A stretch of 64,000 bases of DNA from an uncultured Gemmatimonadales bacterium. Its GTDB lineage: Bacteria; Gemmatimonadota; Gemmatimonadetes; Gemmatimonadales; GWC2-71-9. Shown here piece after piece: positions 48,538 to 59,450 of this stretch; positions within the stretch are counted from its first letter, which is position 1, and each line of letters starts with the position of its first letter. The notes below the pieces were generated by a model that searched no databases, was not told the origin of the DNA, and worked only from the letters and a program-made list of their open reading frames with translations. The DNA is taken from NCBI GenBank assembly GCA_963798915.1, contig CAWCVB010000006.1, positions 192,001-256,000 of the forward strand, written 5' to 3'. Both the position numbers and the translations under genes were made by a program.

Positions 48538-48851
48538 CAGGCCTGCGTCGGGTCGGCCCGGCGACCGGTCCGTACCCGCCCACTGCTGCGCTGGATCTGG
48601 CGGCGGAGCTTCTCCTCAGCGCGGTCCAGTGCGGTCCGGTGATCATCGGCCGCGGCGCGTGCTATGAGCGGCTCATCGCGTGCCACGCGAAACTGAAGTT
48701 CGGCCGTACAGGCCACACCTTCCTGATCAAAGATGACGGTCGCATCCATGGGATGCATGGCCACCGAGCTCAGGCGGTCGGTAACGGTCGCCGCACGCTC
48801 GCGCAGCGCGTCGCTGATTTCGCAGTGCCGAGCGGTGATCGTCGTCTTCAT
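48537..48851 (-). CDS. hpf: Ribosome hibernation promoting factor (short HPF/RaiA family)
   Basis: Motifs ITARHCEISDALR and ALDRAEEKLRRQI; upstream of hprK. Confidence 0.8.
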   Translation of the reverse strand: MKTTITARHCEISDALRERAATVTDRLSSVAMHPMDATVIFDQEGVACTAELQFRVARDEPLIARAAADDHRTALDRAEEKLRRQIQRSSGRVRTGRRADPTQA

Positions 48852-49987
48852 GAACTGCCTCCTGCCCGGCGACCGGCCGGGCGGTCAATGATCTGCAACA
48901 GATGGGCTTCAGTTTGCGTGGCCGCTGCTTCCCAGGTCAACGCAGCGGCGAACTGCCGGCCCGCCGCACCAAGCTGCTCGATGAGCCCGGGACTGCGCGC
49001 CAGTTCCACCATGCGGCCCGCGAGCGCGGTGACGTCCCCGTGGGGGACCAGATAGCCCGTCTGGCCGTGTCGCACCGAATCCCGGAGCCCGGGACTGTCC
49101 GACGCGATACTGGGGGTTCCACAGGCCGCTGCCTCAACCACGGTGATGCCCCACCCTTCCTTGGGTGAAGGAAATATGTTCGCCCATGCCGTGCGCAACA
49201 GCCGCAGCTTTTCAGCCTCCGAGACAAAACCATGAAACCGGACCGCGTCGTTCAGTCCCAGCGCCGCGGCCAGCGCCTCGAGGCCGGGACGGGCGTCCCC
49301 GTTGCCGGCAATTTCCAGCCGAAGGTCGGGCATGACCTGACGAGCGACACTCAGCGCTCGTATGGCCAAGTCAATGCCTTTGTAACGCTTAAGGCGCCCC
49401 ATGTAAAGGAACGTGGGAGGTGTTACCCGTCCGACGGCGGGGTCGGGGCAATAGTGCGTCGCGTCCACGCCGGGATGGATGACGCGAATCGCCTCGGCCG
49501 CGACGCCACGGCGTACCAGGTCATCGCGGGTACTTTCACTGATGGCGTGGAACCCTGCCCGCCGATAGATGGCCGGAATGGGCCGTTCCGCCAGCCAGAC
49601 CGCGGTTGCCATGGGCCAGGATGTCTCCCGAAAGGCGGTTTCTCCGAACAGATGAGGCACAATCGCGCAGAACGGGCCTCGGAACAGGGACGGGAGAAAG
49701 AGGGGGATCTTGTTGATGTCCTCGACGACAATGTCTGGCCGCTGCCGCCGCAGGGCCCGGCGGACCGCACCGCGTCCCCGGATCGCGAAGCTCATGCGGG
49801 TCCCGACGCGCTCCACGTCGATGCCCTCCACGACCTCGTGGGTGGGACCGCCCTCCCATCCGGAACTGATCAGGCGGACCGAATGCCCCGCACTCCGGAG
49901 ACGGCGAAAGATCTCGAAGAGGTGGATCTCGGCCCCGCCGGCCTGCGGGTTCGCACGATCCAGCCAGTTGACCAGCAGAATGTCCAT
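48848..49987 (-). CDS. Glycosyltransferase family 4
   Basis: Motifs GGAE, GRLKRYKG, EGWGITVVEA. Confidence 0.9.
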   Translation of the reverse strand: MDILLVNWLDRANPQAGGAEIHLFEIFRRLRSAGHSVRLISSGWEGGPTHEVVEGIDVERVGTRMSFAIRGRGAVRRALRRQRPDIVVEDINKIPLFLPSLFRGPFCAIVPHLFGETAFRETSWPMATAVWLAERPIPAIYRRAGFHAISESTRDDLVRRGVAAEAIRVIHPGVDATHYCPDPAVGRVTPPTFLYMGRLKRYKGIDLAIRALSVARQVMPDLRLEIAGNGDARPGLEALAAALGLNDAVRFHGFVSEAEKLRLLRTAWANIFPSPKEGWGITVVEAAACGTPSIASDSPGLRDSVRHGQTGYLVPHGDVTALAGRMVELARSPGLIEQLGAAGRQFAAALTWEAAATQTEAHLLQIIDRPAGRRAGGSS

Positions 49988-49991
49988 CGGA

Positions 49992-50414
49992 TCAGTCCAG
50001 CCGTCCGAGATCGTGCGCCACGCGATCGAGCACGCCGTTGACGAATGCTGGTGCCCGGGGCCCGGCGAACCAGTGCGCCAGCCGCACCGATTCGTCAATG
50101 ACCACCTTGGCTGGTGTGGCACCGTCTTCCAGCTCCTGGATGCCCAGGCGAAGGATGTTGCGTTCAACCGTGCCGATGCGGTCCCAGCGCCAGTTGTCCG
50201 CGGCCGCGGCCGCGCGGCGATCAAGTGTCCCGAGATTGGCTATGACCCGGGCCGCGTGGGCTTCGGCAAGATCGAGCACGCGGGGCTTGGGGCGGATCAG
50301 TCGTCCCACGCCCCCGAGCGCCCGCTCGAGCGGACCGCCGCCAGCCAGCTCCCAGGCGTAGAGCAGCTGGAGTGCGCGAGCCCTGCCACGGGTGTCAACG
50401 CGCCGTTCAGCCAC
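49992..50414 (-). CDS. nusB: Transcription antitermination factor NusB
   Basis: Motifs RARALQLLY, ERNILRLG, FVNGVLD; follows ribH. Confidence 0.93.
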   Translation of the reverse strand: MAERRVDTRGRARALQLLYAWELAGGGPLERALGGVGRLIRPKPRVLDLAEAHAARVIANLGTLDRRAAAAADNWRWDRIGTVERNILRLGIQELEDGATPAKVVIDESVRLAHWFAGPRAPAFVNGVLDRVAHDLGRLD

Positions 50415-50880
50415 GACCGGACCGCGACTGCGCGAGCGCATCGGCAGCCACGATCGCGGCCTCAGCTGCTTCCCGGCCTTTGTTGCCGGCCGCGCCGCCG
50501 GCCCGCGCCATGGCCTGCTCCATCGAGTCCACTGTCAGGACGCCGAATCCGATCGGCAGGCCATGGCGCACCGCCACCGCGTTGAGCCCGCGCGCCGCCT
50601 CGGTCGCCACGAATTCGAAGTGTGGCGTCTCGCCGCGCACGACCGCGCCAAGCGCAACGAGGCATGCGTAGCGGCCGCTCGAAGCCAGCGAACTCGCGAC
50701 GGCGGGAAGCTCGAACGCGCCCGGCACCCAGATGACATCCACATGCGCCGCCTGCATGCCGGCATCATCGCATGCGGAGCGTGCGCCCTCCAGCAGGCGT
50801 GCCGTCACGATTTCATGATACTGGCTGACGAGGATGGCCATACGGCCAGCCGCGCGCAGGCGCCCATGGATCTCAGTCAT
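50407..50880 (-). CDS. ribH: 6,7-dimethyl-8-ribityllumazine synthase
   Basis: Motifs VPGAFELP, VVRGETPHFE, FGVLT, NKG. Confidence 0.95.
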   Translation of the reverse strand: MTEIHGRLRAAGRMAILVSQYHEIVTARLLEGARSACDDAGMQAAHVDVIWVPGAFELPAVASSLASSGRYACLVALGAVVRGETPHFEFVATEAARGLNAVAVRHGLPIGFGVLTVDSMEQAMARAGGAAGNKGREAAEAAIVAADALAQSRSGRG

Positions 50881-50895
50881 GGCTTCAGGAACACG

Positions 50896-52101
50896 TCAGA
50901 AGGTGAGCAGATGGCCAAGCTTGTCTCGCTTGGCCTCGAGATAGCCACGATTCTCGATCGTCCGACTGGCGATCAGCGGCACGCGCTCGACAATTTCGAG
51001 CCCGTAGCCATCCAGTCCGACCAGCTTGCGCGGATTGTTGGTCATGATCTTGATCGAGGACAGGCCCAGATCGCGCAGGATCTGGGCGCCAATGCCGTAG
51101 TTCCGCAGGTCGGGCGCGAAGCCCAGGCGCGTGTTGGCCGTCACGGTGTCGGCGCCCGTGTCCTGCAGGGCGTAGGCACGCAGCTTGTTGAGCAATCCGA
51201 TGCCGCGGCCTTCCTGGTCCAGGTAGACAATCACGCCCTGACCCGCCTCGGCGATCTGCTGCATCGCGGCATGCAGCTGAAAACCGCAGTCGCACCGCGC
51301 CGAATGGAAGACATCGCCCGTCAGGCATTTCGAGTGCATGCGCACCAGGACATCCCGCTGGCCCGCCACCTCGCCCATGACCAGGGCCACGTGCTCCGCG
51401 CGGTCGACGTCATTGGAATAGCCCACGACGGTCCACTCGCCCGAGTCGGTCGGCAGACGCGCCTCCGCAACCCGGTGGACCAGACGCTCCGTCTGGAGGC
51501 GATGCGCCACCAATTGTGCGACGGTGACGAAGGTCAACCGGTGTTCGGCGGCGAACCGATGCAGCTCCGGCACGCGGGCCATGGTGCCATCGGGATTCAG
51601 GATCTCGCAGATGACGCCCGCCGGATACAGGCCAGCCAGGCGCGCGAGGTCCACCGCCGCCTCGGTGTGCCCGACCCGCTGGAGAACGCCGCCGGGCCGC
51701 GCCCGCAGCGGCGGGATATGCCCAGGCCGACGCAGGTCGGTGGGCTGGGTGGCCGGGTTGATCGCCACGTGGATGGTCGTGGCCCGGTCACTGGCGGAGA
51801 TACCGGTCGAGACGCCGAAGCGCCGCTCGGCGTCGATCATGACCGCGAACGCGGTGCCGTGCTCCTCGGTGTTACGGTCGACTTGCTGGGGAATGCCGAG
51901 CTCGTCGCACCGCTCCGGCGTCAAGGCAAGGCAGATGAGACCACGGCCGTGCAAGGCCATGAAATTGATGTGTTCGGGCGTGACAAGTTCTGCCGCACAG
52001 ATGAGGTCGCCCTCATTCTCGCGATCCTCGTCATCCACAACCACCACCATGCGACCGTTCCGCAGGTCGTCGATCGCCTGCTCCACCGTGCCGAATGCCA
52101 T
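50896..52101 (-). CDS. ribBA: Bifunctional DHBP synthase / GTP cyclohydrolase II
   Basis: Motifs [36 protein letters not shown]. Confidence 0.96.
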   Translation of the reverse strand: MAFGTVEQAIDDLRNGRMVVVVDDEDRENEGDLICAAELVTPEHINFMALHGRGLICLALTPERCDELGIPQQVDRNTEEHGTAFAVMIDAERRFGVSTGISASDRATTIHVAINPATQPTDLRRPGHIPPLRARPGGVLQRVGHTEAAVDLARLAGLYPAGVICEILNPDGTMARVPELHRFAAEHRLTFVTVAQLVAHRLQTERLVHRVAEARLPTDSGEWTVVGYSNDVDRAEHVALVMGEVAGQRDVLVRMHSKCLTGDVFHSARCDCGFQLHAAMQQIAEAGQGVIVYLDQEGRGIGLLNKLRAYALQDTGADTVTANTRLGFAPDLRNYGIGAQILRDLGLSSIKIMTNNPRKLVGLDGYGLEIVERVPLIASRTIENRGYLEAKRDKLGHLLTF

Positions 52102-52119
52102 GCGCTCCCTCGGAAAGTG

Positions 52120-52719
52120 TTACGTCGGGCCACCGCGCGCGGTCAGGAGCGCATGCACATAGCGGCCAATGAGGTCTGCTTCCAAGTGCACCGCATCACC
52201 CGCACGGAGTCCGGCCAGCGTCGTATGCTGTAAGGTAAACGGGACGCACACGAGCCGGGCACGGTTGTGGCCTGGCATTGCGTTCACAGTCAGGCTGACC
52301 CCGTCCACCGTCAGCGAACCGCGCACGACCGAGATGGCGGCGACATCGTCGGGAAGAACGAGTTGGAGAATCCTCTCGTCCCCCTGCGTTTCGACACTGT
52401 CCACGCGTCCGACTCCGTCCACGTGCCCCTGAACCAGGTGTCCGCCGATCCGGTCGCCGATGCGAAGCGCCCGCTCGAGATTGACTCTGGTGCCGGCTTG
52501 GTAGCTCCCAATCCGTGTTCGCGCCAGCGTCGCCGGTACGGCATGCGCCTGAAACGCGTCCTCGCTGACCTGCTCCACCGTGAGGCACGCCCCGTTCACC
52601 GCGACCGACTCGCCCGCATCGAGCGCACCATACGGATGCGCAATCACCAGTACCCTGCCCCCGTCGCGATCGGTCGCCGTGATGACCGTCCCAATCGCAG
52701 TGACCAGGCCGCTGAACAT
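52120..52719 (-). CDS. ribE: Riboflavin synthase
   Basis: Motifs [26 protein letters not shown]. Confidence 0.94.
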   Translation of the reverse strand: MFSGLVTAIGTVITATDRDGGRVLVIAHPYGALDAGESVAVNGACLTVEQVSEDAFQAHAVPATLARTRIGSYQAGTRVNLERALRIGDRIGGHLVQGHVDGVGRVDSVETQGDERILQLVLPDDVAAISVVRGSLTVDGVSLTVNAMPGHNRARLVCVPFTLQHTTLAGLRAGDAVHLEADLIGRYVHALLTARGGPT

Positions 52720-53795
52720 CAGGCCCGATCCAGCACGACAAGCGTGTCCTGGCCAAGGGCGCGTCGCTCGACCACCGTCCATCGCGCCACCTCGTGAAGC
52801 GGGGGGTCAGCGAGACCCGGAAACGCCGGGCGGCCCAGCTCGCCGAGCCAGAGCGGGGTCAGCACGTGATAGAACCGGTCCACCGTCCCGGCGGCCATGA
52901 GCGCCGCGGCCAGCCTGCCACCCCCTTCGACCAGGAGCCGCTCGATTCCGAGCAGCCGTAGACGGTGCAGACCATCGGGCAGGTCATCCATCGGCAGGAC
53001 CTCGACCCCCTCAGACCGGAGCGTGTCTGCAGCGCTGGACAGGGCGCGATCGCCTGCAGTGAGCACGATAGTCCGGAATTCGTCGGCCGTTGTCGCCACG
53101 CGAGAAGCGGGACTGGTGCTCAGCGCGCCATCGATGATGATGCGGACTGGGGTCTGACGTGGCTGCACTGCGCCGCGAACGGTGAGGGATGGGTCATCCA
53201 GCGCGACCGTGCCAGCGCCGACGGCGAGACCATCGAAGCCCGCCCTGAGCCAGTGCACCCACTCGCGCGCCTCGGGACCGGAGATCCACTGCGAGCGACC
53301 CTCATGATCGGCGATGCGACTGTCGACCGACGTCGCGAGCTTCAGGGCCACCCACGGGCGCTCACCGTTACGGAACCGATGCAGGAAAGCCGCGTTCTGC
53401 GCAGCAGCCAAGTCGGAAGCGACGCCTCGCTCGACCTGCAGTCCCGCCGCTGCCAGCAGGTCCATTCCGCCACCCGCCTCCGGATTCGGGTCGTCGAGCG
53501 CCGAAACCACCCGCGCCACGCCGGCCTCGAGGATGGCATCGGTACAGGCTGGCTGCTTTCCGGCATGACGGCACGGCTCCAGCGAGACGACCAGGGTGCC
53601 GCCGTGCGCCGCTGCGCCCGCCCGATCCAAGGCCATGCGTTCTGCATGGACGTCCCCGAACTCGGCGTGCCAACCCTCGCCTACGACTTCTCCCTGGTTC
53701 AGGACCACCGCGCCGACCAGCGGATTGGGATGCACACGCCCCCAGCCTCGCCAGGCGAGGCTGAGGGCGGACTCCATGGCCAGCTGTTCATCCAT
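52719..53795 (-). CDS. ribD: Riboflavin biosynthesis deaminase/reductase
   Basis: Motifs PNPLVG, HAE, LEPC..C, LLVEGG. Confidence 0.95.
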   Translation of the reverse strand: MDEQLAMESALSLAWRGWGRVHPNPLVGAVVLNQGEVVGEGWHAEFGDVHAERMALDRAGAAAHGGTLVVSLEPCRHAGKQPACTDAILEAGVARVVSALDDPNPEAGGGMDLLAAAGLQVERGVASDLAAAQNAAFLHRFRNGERPWVALKLATSVDSRIADHEGRSQWISGPEAREWVHWLRAGFDGLAVGAGTVALDDPSLTVRGAVQPRQTPVRIIIDGALSTSPASRVATTADEFRTIVLTAGDRALSSAADTLRSEGVEVLPMDDLPDGLHRLRLLGIERLLVEGGGRLAAALMAAGTVDRFYHVLTPLWLGELGRPAFPGLADPPLHEVARWTVVERRALGQDTLVVLDRA

Positions 53796-53920
53796 GTGCG
53801 GTGCCAGAGGTGAGACTGATGCCGTTGCCGCCGGCCCCTGACGCGCGTCGTGCGGACAGCAAATGGCAACAGGCCGGAGCCCGGGTTGTTACGGCAGAAG
53901 GAGGTGGCATCGATCAGTCG

Positions 53921-54952
53921 TCACTCGCGGAACCGCACCGACGGCGCACCGGGTTCGATGTCGCCCATCACCCAGGCATGGACCCCGGCTCGCTCCGCTG
54001 CGCTGCGGGCACGATCCACTGCCGCCTGCGGCAACACCGCCACCATCCCGACGCCAAGATTGAACACCTCGCGCATTTCCTCGGTGCTGATGCTGCCGGC
54101 CCGTTCGATGAAGGAGAACAGCGGCGGCAGGTTCCAGGTTCTCGGGTCAATGATGGCGGCGGCACCATCGGGCAGGATCCGCACCAGATTACCGGCGAGT
54201 CCACCACCGGTGATGTGGGCCAGCCCATGCACGTCCTCCAGCACCGGCTGAATCGAGGTCCAGTAACTGCGATGCACCGCGAGCAACGCGTCGCGCACCG
54301 TGACGCCGGCACCCGGCAGCTCGGCGTCCAGCGCGAGTCCGGATTCATCAAACAGCACCCGTCGCGCGAGCGTGTACCCGTTGGTGTGCAGTCCGGTCGA
54401 GGCATAGCCGAGCAGCACGTCGCCCGGTACGATCCGGTCGCCGTGCAAGGCTTGCTCTTCTTCGACCAGACCAATGATGGTACCGGCCAGGTCAAAATGA
54501 CCTGGCTGGTACAGCCCCGGCATCTGCGCGGTCTCGCCGCCAGCGAGTGCCATGCCGTGCTGACGGCATCCGCGTGCGACACCTTCGACGATGCCGGCGA
54601 CTACATCGTCCCTGAGTCCGGCCCCGGCGACATAGTCCATGAAGGCGACCGGGCGTGCGCCGTGCACCAGGATGTCATTCACGCTGTGGTTGACGAGGTC
54701 CTCGCCCACCGTGTCGTACGACTCCGCCTCCAGCGCCACCAGGACCTTGGTGCCGACGCCGTCGGTGCTCATCACCATCACCGGCCGGCGCATGCCCTCC
54801 GGCACGCGCACCATCCCCCCAAACGCCCCCACGGCGCCAAGGGAAAGACTGGTGCGCGTCGTGGCGACCGCCCGACCAATCCGCGCCTTGGCGCGTTCCG
54901 CGCCTGCGAGGTCGACACCCGCCTCGGCGTAGCGCCGGCGGCCACCACTCAC
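53921..54952 (-). CDS. purM: Phosphoribosylformylglycinamidine cyclo-ligase (AIR synthetase)
   Basis: Motifs YAEAGVD, TDGVGTK, GGETAQMP, AHITGGG, FNLGVG. Confidence 0.96.
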   Translation of the reverse strand: MSGGRRRYAEAGVDLAGAERAKARIGRAVATTRTSLSLGAVGAFGGMVRVPEGMRRPVMVMSTDGVGTKVLVALEAESYDTVGEDLVNHSVNDILVHGARPVAFMDYVAGAGLRDDVVAGIVEGVARGCRQHGMALAGGETAQMPGLYQPGHFDLAGTIIGLVEEEQALHGDRIVPGDVLLGYASTGLHTNGYTLARRVLFDESGLALDAELPGAGVTVRDALLAVHRSYWTSIQPVLEDVHGLAHITGGGLAGNLVRILPDGAAAIIDPRTWNLPPLFSFIERAGSISTEEMREVFNLGVGMVAVLPQAAVDRARSAAERAGVHAWVMGDIEPGAPSVRFRE

Positions 54953-55869
54953 GGCGTCTCCTCCGGCAGGTCGACATGCGTCATGGCGCGGAAGGCGCGA
55001 GCCCGCGCCTCCACGTCAGCCACCGTAAGGCCGTCGAATCCGCGAATGCCGAACTGCGACACGGCGTACGATCCCATGGCCGCGCCGTAGATCATGGCGC
55101 GGCGAAGATTGTCGTCCGAGACGACGCCGTTGCGCGCGAGATACGCCATGAAGCCACCGGCGAAGGAGTCACCGGCCCCGGTGGGATCGAAGACCTCCTC
55201 GAGCGGAAAGGCTGGCGCATAGAACGTGCGATGCTCGTCCATGAGGAGTGCGCCATATTCGCCCTGCTTGATGACAACTCGCCGAGGGCCCTGCGCAAGA
55301 ATCCATCGCCCGGCGCGATGGATGTTCCAGTCGCCCGACAGTTCGCGCGCCTCGCCGTCGTTGACCATGAGCAGGTCCACCTTCTTCAGCAGCTTCATCA
55401 GCACCGGCTTCTTGCTCTGGATCCAGTAATTCATGGTATCGCAGGCCACGAGCTCGGGCTGGTTTATCTGATCCAGCACGCCCAGCTGCAGCTCGGGGTC
55501 GATATTGCCGAGAAACACGAACCGGGCGTCGCGGGAAGATTCGGGAAGTTTGGGCTGGAAGTGTGCAAAGACGCCGAGCCTGGTTTCCAGGGTTTCCCGG
55601 CTCTGCAGGTCGTACGAGTACTTGCCTTTCCATCGAAAGCTTTCGCCCTTGGCGCGTTCGACCCCGGCCCAGTCGATCCCGCGCGGCGCCAGGCGCTCGA
55701 GTTCCCCTATGGGGTAGTCGTCACCGACGACCCCGACCACCTGCACCGGGTGGAGCAGTGCCCCGGCGACGCTGAAGTAGACGGCGGAACCGCCCAGCGC
55801 GTCCGCGGTTTCGCCGAACGGGGTGTAGACGGAATCGAGGGCGACACTGCCAACGACGAGCAGGCTCAT
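54949..55869 (-). CDS. PfkB-family carbohydrate kinase
   Basis: Motifs LVVGSVALD, LGGSA, DPTGAGDSFAGG. Confidence 0.9.
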   Translation of the reverse strand: MSLLVVGSVALDSVYTPFGETADALGGSAVYFSVAGALLHPVQVVGVVGDDYPIGELERLAPRGIDWAGVERAKGESFRWKGKYSYDLQSRETLETRLGVFAHFQPKLPESSRDARFVFLGNIDPELQLGVLDQINQPELVACDTMNYWIQSKKPVLMKLLKKVDLLMVNDGEARELSGDWNIHRAGRWILAQGPRRVVIKQGEYGALLMDEHRTFYAPAFPLEEVFDPTGAGDSFAGGFMAYLARNGVVSDDNLRRAMIYGAAMGSYAVSQFGIRGFDGLTVADVEARARAFRAMTHVDLPEETP

Positions 55870-55873
55870 CACG

Positions 55874-57511
55874 TCACATCCGGTCGGGGGCGGAGAGTCC
55901 GAGGAGGGCGAGTCCGTTGGCGAGAACCACCCGGGCCGAGCGGGCGAGCAACAGGCGGTTCCGCTCGATCGCAGCGGGTTCGCCGACGGTGCGGGTATGA
56001 TGGTACCAGCCATGCACCACAGTGGCCAGCTCTTCCAGAAAGACGCAGATCCGGTGCGGCTCTGACTCCGCGGCAGCCCGCTCCACCAGTTCCGGGAAGG
56101 CGGCAAGCTTCTTGAGCAGGTCCATGTCCTGTGGCGCCGGCAAGTGCGCCACCTCGAGGGCGCCGCTCACCTCAGCGGGCTCGAGCTCAGCCGTGCGGAA
56201 GATGCCCGAGAGCCGGGCGTGCGCCATCTGGACATAGAAGACCGGATTCTCGTCGGTCTGCTTCCGCGCCAGCTCGACATCGAAAATCAGTGGCGTATCG
56301 CCCTTGCGCATGAGGAAAAAGTAGCGGGCCGCATCGGGCCCGACCTCATCGAGCAGCTCCCGGAGCGTGATGAACGTACCGGCACGCTTCGACATTTTTA
56401 CTTCCTCGCCGCCACGCACCACCTTGACCAGCTGCACCACCGCCACGTGAAAATGCTCATCCGGGTGACCAAGCGCCCGAAGGGCGGCCCGGACGCGTGG
56501 GATGTAGCCGTGATGGTCCGCCCCCCACACGTCGATCAACCGGTCAAACCCGCGCGAGAACTTGTCGGCATGATAGGCGATGTCCGGCAGGAAGTAGGTG
56601 TAGGACCCATCCTGCTTCCGGAGCACGCGATCCTGATCGTCGCCAAAGTCGCTGGTGCGAAACCAGAGGGCGCCATCCTTCTCGAATGTGAGTCCGCGCG
56701 CCTCGAGGTCCGCCAGCGCAGCGGCCACCTCGCCCCGGTCGTAAATCGCCTGCTCAGAACTGACCACGTCGAAACGGACCCCGAAGTCGGCGAGATCGCG
56801 GTCCTGTTCCTCACGCTGCATGGCGACCGCAAGCTGGCGGCAACGGGCTATCCCCTCGGTCGCGGGCAGCTCGGCGAATGCGGCGCCCTCCCGTGACAGG
56901 ATCTGCGCAGCGGCCTCGGCGAGGTACTCGCCGTGGTAACCGCCCTCGGGAATGGCAACGTCGCGCCCAGCTGCCATCTGTATCCGCGCCCACAGACTTT
57001 CAGCCAGCCGGTCAATCTGGACCCCGGCATCGTTCACGTAGAACTCGCGCACAACCGAGGCGCCGGCCCACTCCAGCAGCGAGGCAATGCCATCGCCCAG
57101 GGCGGCGCCACGGCCATGTCCAACGTGGAGCGGACCGGTTGGATTGGCAGACACGAACTCCACGTTCACGCGCCGGCCCGCATACGACGACCCTCGGCCA
57201 TAGCCGGGTCCGTCCGCGAGCATGCGGGCATGTTCCGCCACCAGATGGACGTCACTGAGCCAGAAATTGACGAAGCCCGGTCCGGCAATCTCGGTGCGCG
57301 CCACGAGGCCGGGCGGCAGCTCCAGCACGTCGATCAGTTCCTGAGCCACGCCGCGTGGATTGACTCGTCGCTCGCGAGCGACAACCATGGCGAGATTGGT
57401 CGCAAAGTCGCCATGGCCAGCATCGCGCGGGCGCTCGAGAACAAAGTCCGCGTGCGGAGCACCCAGGCGCGCTGCGGCGGACCGCAGTGCCGCCCTGAGG
57501 ACGTCCGTCAC
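55874..57511 (-). CDS. argS: Arginine--tRNA ligase
   Basis: Motifs VEFVSANPTGPLHVGHGR, WGADHHGY, KMSKR. Confidence 0.97.
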   Translation of the reverse strand: MTDVLRAALRSAAARLGAPHADFVLERPRDAGHGDFATNLAMVVARERRVNPRGVAQELIDVLELPPGLVARTEIAGPGFVNFWLSDVHLVAEHARMLADGPGYGRGSSYAGRRVNVEFVSANPTGPLHVGHGRGAALGDGIASLLEWAGASVVREFYVNDAGVQIDRLAESLWARIQMAAGRDVAIPEGGYHGEYLAEAAAQILSREGAAFAELPATEGIARCRQLAVAMQREEQDRDLADFGVRFDVVSSEQAIYDRGEVAAALADLEARGLTFEKDGALWFRTSDFGDDQDRVLRKQDGSYTYFLPDIAYHADKFSRGFDRLIDVWGADHHGYIPRVRAALRALGHPDEHFHVAVVQLVKVVRGGEEVKMSKRAGTFITLRELLDEVGPDAARYFFLMRKGDTPLIFDVELARKQTDENPVFYVQMAHARLSGIFRTAELEPAEVSGALEVAHLPAPQDMDLLKKLAAFPELVERAAAESEPHRICVFLEELATVVHGWYHHTRTVGEPAAIERNRLLLARSARVVLANGLALLGLSAPDRM

Positions 57512-57825
57512 TCCTTCGACTTTCCGCTGGAATCCTTGGCAGGCGCAGCTGAGGGGGCAGGTGTCTTGGCGGCCGGCGCCTTCTCCGCGGGCTTGGCGGG
57601 CTCCGCACCGCCCGATTCAGCTGGCGCCTTGGCCGGCCCCTTGCCGTCCTTGCCATAGTCGGTGATGTAGAAGCCGGTGCCCTTGAATACCAGCCCCGCC
57701 CCGCCGGAAATCTGGCGGCGGGCAGGTGCGCCGCATTCGGGGCATCGGGTGACCGGTCGTTCGCTGATCTTCTGGCGCCTCTCAAAGAAGTGGCCATTGG
57801 AGCAGCGATATTCGTACGTGGGCAT
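57508..57825 (-). CDS. FmdB-family zinc-ribbon protein
   Basis: Sequence MPTYEYRC..GH, CPECG, FKGTGFYITDY. Confidence 0.92.
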   Translation of the reverse strand: MPTYEYRCSNGHFFERRQKISERPVTRCPECGAPARRQISGGAGLVFKGTGFYITDYGKDGKGPAKAPAESGGAEPAKPAEKAPAAKTPAPSAAPAKDSSGKSKE

Positions 57826-57911
57826 GCTTCCCCTTTTTTACATCAGTCCGGATTGGGAACAGCCGGGAAATTTAGCCGCCGCGGGGAGCGCGCTCAAGCA
57901 GCGCAGCCCGC

Positions 57912-59450
57912 TCAGGAGGGCCGGTACTCGCCCCAGACGGAACGCAGCACGTCGCTGATCTCACCAATGGTGGCGCGGGACTTGACTGCGCCAAGGATCT
58001 GCGGCATGAGCGCCGCGTCGGGCTCCTGGGCGGCCGCCTGCAACGCCGACAGCGCGCGGCTGACTGCCGTCCCGTCACGCGACGACCGGACCTGTTGCAA
58101 CCGTGCGACCTGCTGGCGGGCCAATTCAGAGTAATCGGGCGCCTGTGGAGTCGGCGCGGCGGAGTCGTCACTGAAGCGATTGACCCCCACGACCACCTGC
58201 TCGCCCCGCTCCTGGCGTTGCTGCTGCCGCCACGCACTCTCGGCGATCGCCTTCTGGAAGTATCCCCGCTCCACCGCTGCGGCGGCCCCACCCAGGGCAT
58301 CGACCTCGATGATCAGCCGTCGTGCACCCGCCTCGAGTTCGTCCGTCATGTGCTCCACGAAATAGCTGCCCGCGAGCGGATCCACCGTTTGCCCGGTGCC
58401 ACTTTCGTAGCCCAGGATCTGCTGGGTACGCAGTGCCAGCGTGGCGGAGGCCTCGCTCGGGAGCGAAAGCGCCTCATCGTAGCCATTGGTATGCAGTGAC
58501 TGGGTGCCGCCCAGAATGGCAGCGAGGGCCTGCACGGCCACCCGCACCACGTTGTTCAATGGCTGCTGGGCCTGCAGCGTGACGCCGCCGGTCTGGGTAT
58601 GGAACCGGAGCCGGCACGCGGCGTCCCCAGCTCCAAAGCGTTCGCGCAGGAGCCGAGCCCAGAGTCGTCGAGCGGCGCGGAATTTGGCCGCCTCCTCGAA
58701 CAGATCATTATGGCTCGCAAAGAAGAAGGAAAGCCGGGGCCCGAACGTATCGATGTCGAGGCCCGCTTTGCGCGCGACGCCGACATACTCCAGCCCATTG
58801 GCCAGGGTAAATCCGATTTCCTCCACCGCGGTCGCACCCGCCTCGCGCATGTGATAGCCGCTGATCGAGATGGGATTGAAATTCATTGCTTCCTGGCTGA
58901 CGTAGCGGAACACGTCGGCGATCAGGCGAAGCGACGGACCTGCGGGATAGATATACGTGCCCCGGGCGATGTACTCCTTCAGGATATCGTTCTGGATGGT
59001 GCCTGAGAGCCGGTCGCGCGAGACCCCCTGCTCCTCCCCGACGACGATGTACATGGCGAGCAATACGGCCGCCGTGGCGTTGATCGTCATGGAGGTGGAC
59101 ACCTGGTCCAGCGCGATTCCGCGAAAAAGGTCCGCCAGGTCGTCAACCGTATCGATCGCAACGCCAACCCGACCCACCTCGCCCGCGGCCATGGCGTGGT
59201 CGGAGTCATATCCCATCTGGGTCGGGAGGTCGAAGGCGGTCGAGAGCCCGGTCTGGCCGCTGGCGAGCAGGCTTCGGAAACGCGCGTTGGTTTCCTCCGC
59301 CGTGCCGAAGCCGGCATACTGCCGCATGGTCCAGAGCCGGTCGGTGTACATGCCCGGATAAATGCCGCGGGTAAACGGAAACGCTCCCGGGGCGCCAAGT
59401 TCCTCCGCCGAATCGCCGCGCCAGTCGTCCGGCCCGAAGACCTTCTTCAC
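57912..59450 (-). CDS. Methylmalonyl-CoA mutase-type acyl-CoA mutase, substrate-binding (large) subunit lacking the B12-binding domain
   Basis: Motifs [33 protein letters not shown]; no DxHxxG motif. Confidence 0.9.
   Translation of the reverse strand: MKKVFGPDDWRGDSAEELGAPGAFPFTRGIYPGMYTDRLWTMRQYAGFGTAEETNARFRSLLASGQTGLSTAFDLPTQMGYDSDHAMAAGEVGRVGVAIDTVDDLADLFRGIALDQVSTSMTINATAAVLLAMYIVVGEEQGVSRDRLSGTIQNDILKEYIARGTYIYPAGPSLRLIADVFRYVSQEAMNFNPISISGYHMREAGATAVEEIGFTLANGLEYVGVARKAGLDIDTFGPRLSFFFASHNDLFEEAAKFRAARRLWARLLRERFGAGDAACRLRFHTQTGGVTLQAQQPLNNVVRVAVQALAAILGGTQSLHTNGYDEALSLPSEASATLALRTQQILGYESGTGQTVDPLAGSYFVEHMTDELEAGARRLIIEVDALGGAAAAVERGYFQKAIAESAWRQQQRQERGEQVVVGVNRFSDDSAAPTPQAPDYSELARQQVARLQQVRSSRDGTAVSRALSALQAAAQEPDAALMPQILGAVKSRATIGEISDVLRSVWGEYRPS

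Noticed and set aside
53796..53920. Possible FMN riboswitch upstream of ribD
   Set aside because: None of the conserved RFN sequence blocks is present in the 125-bp gap
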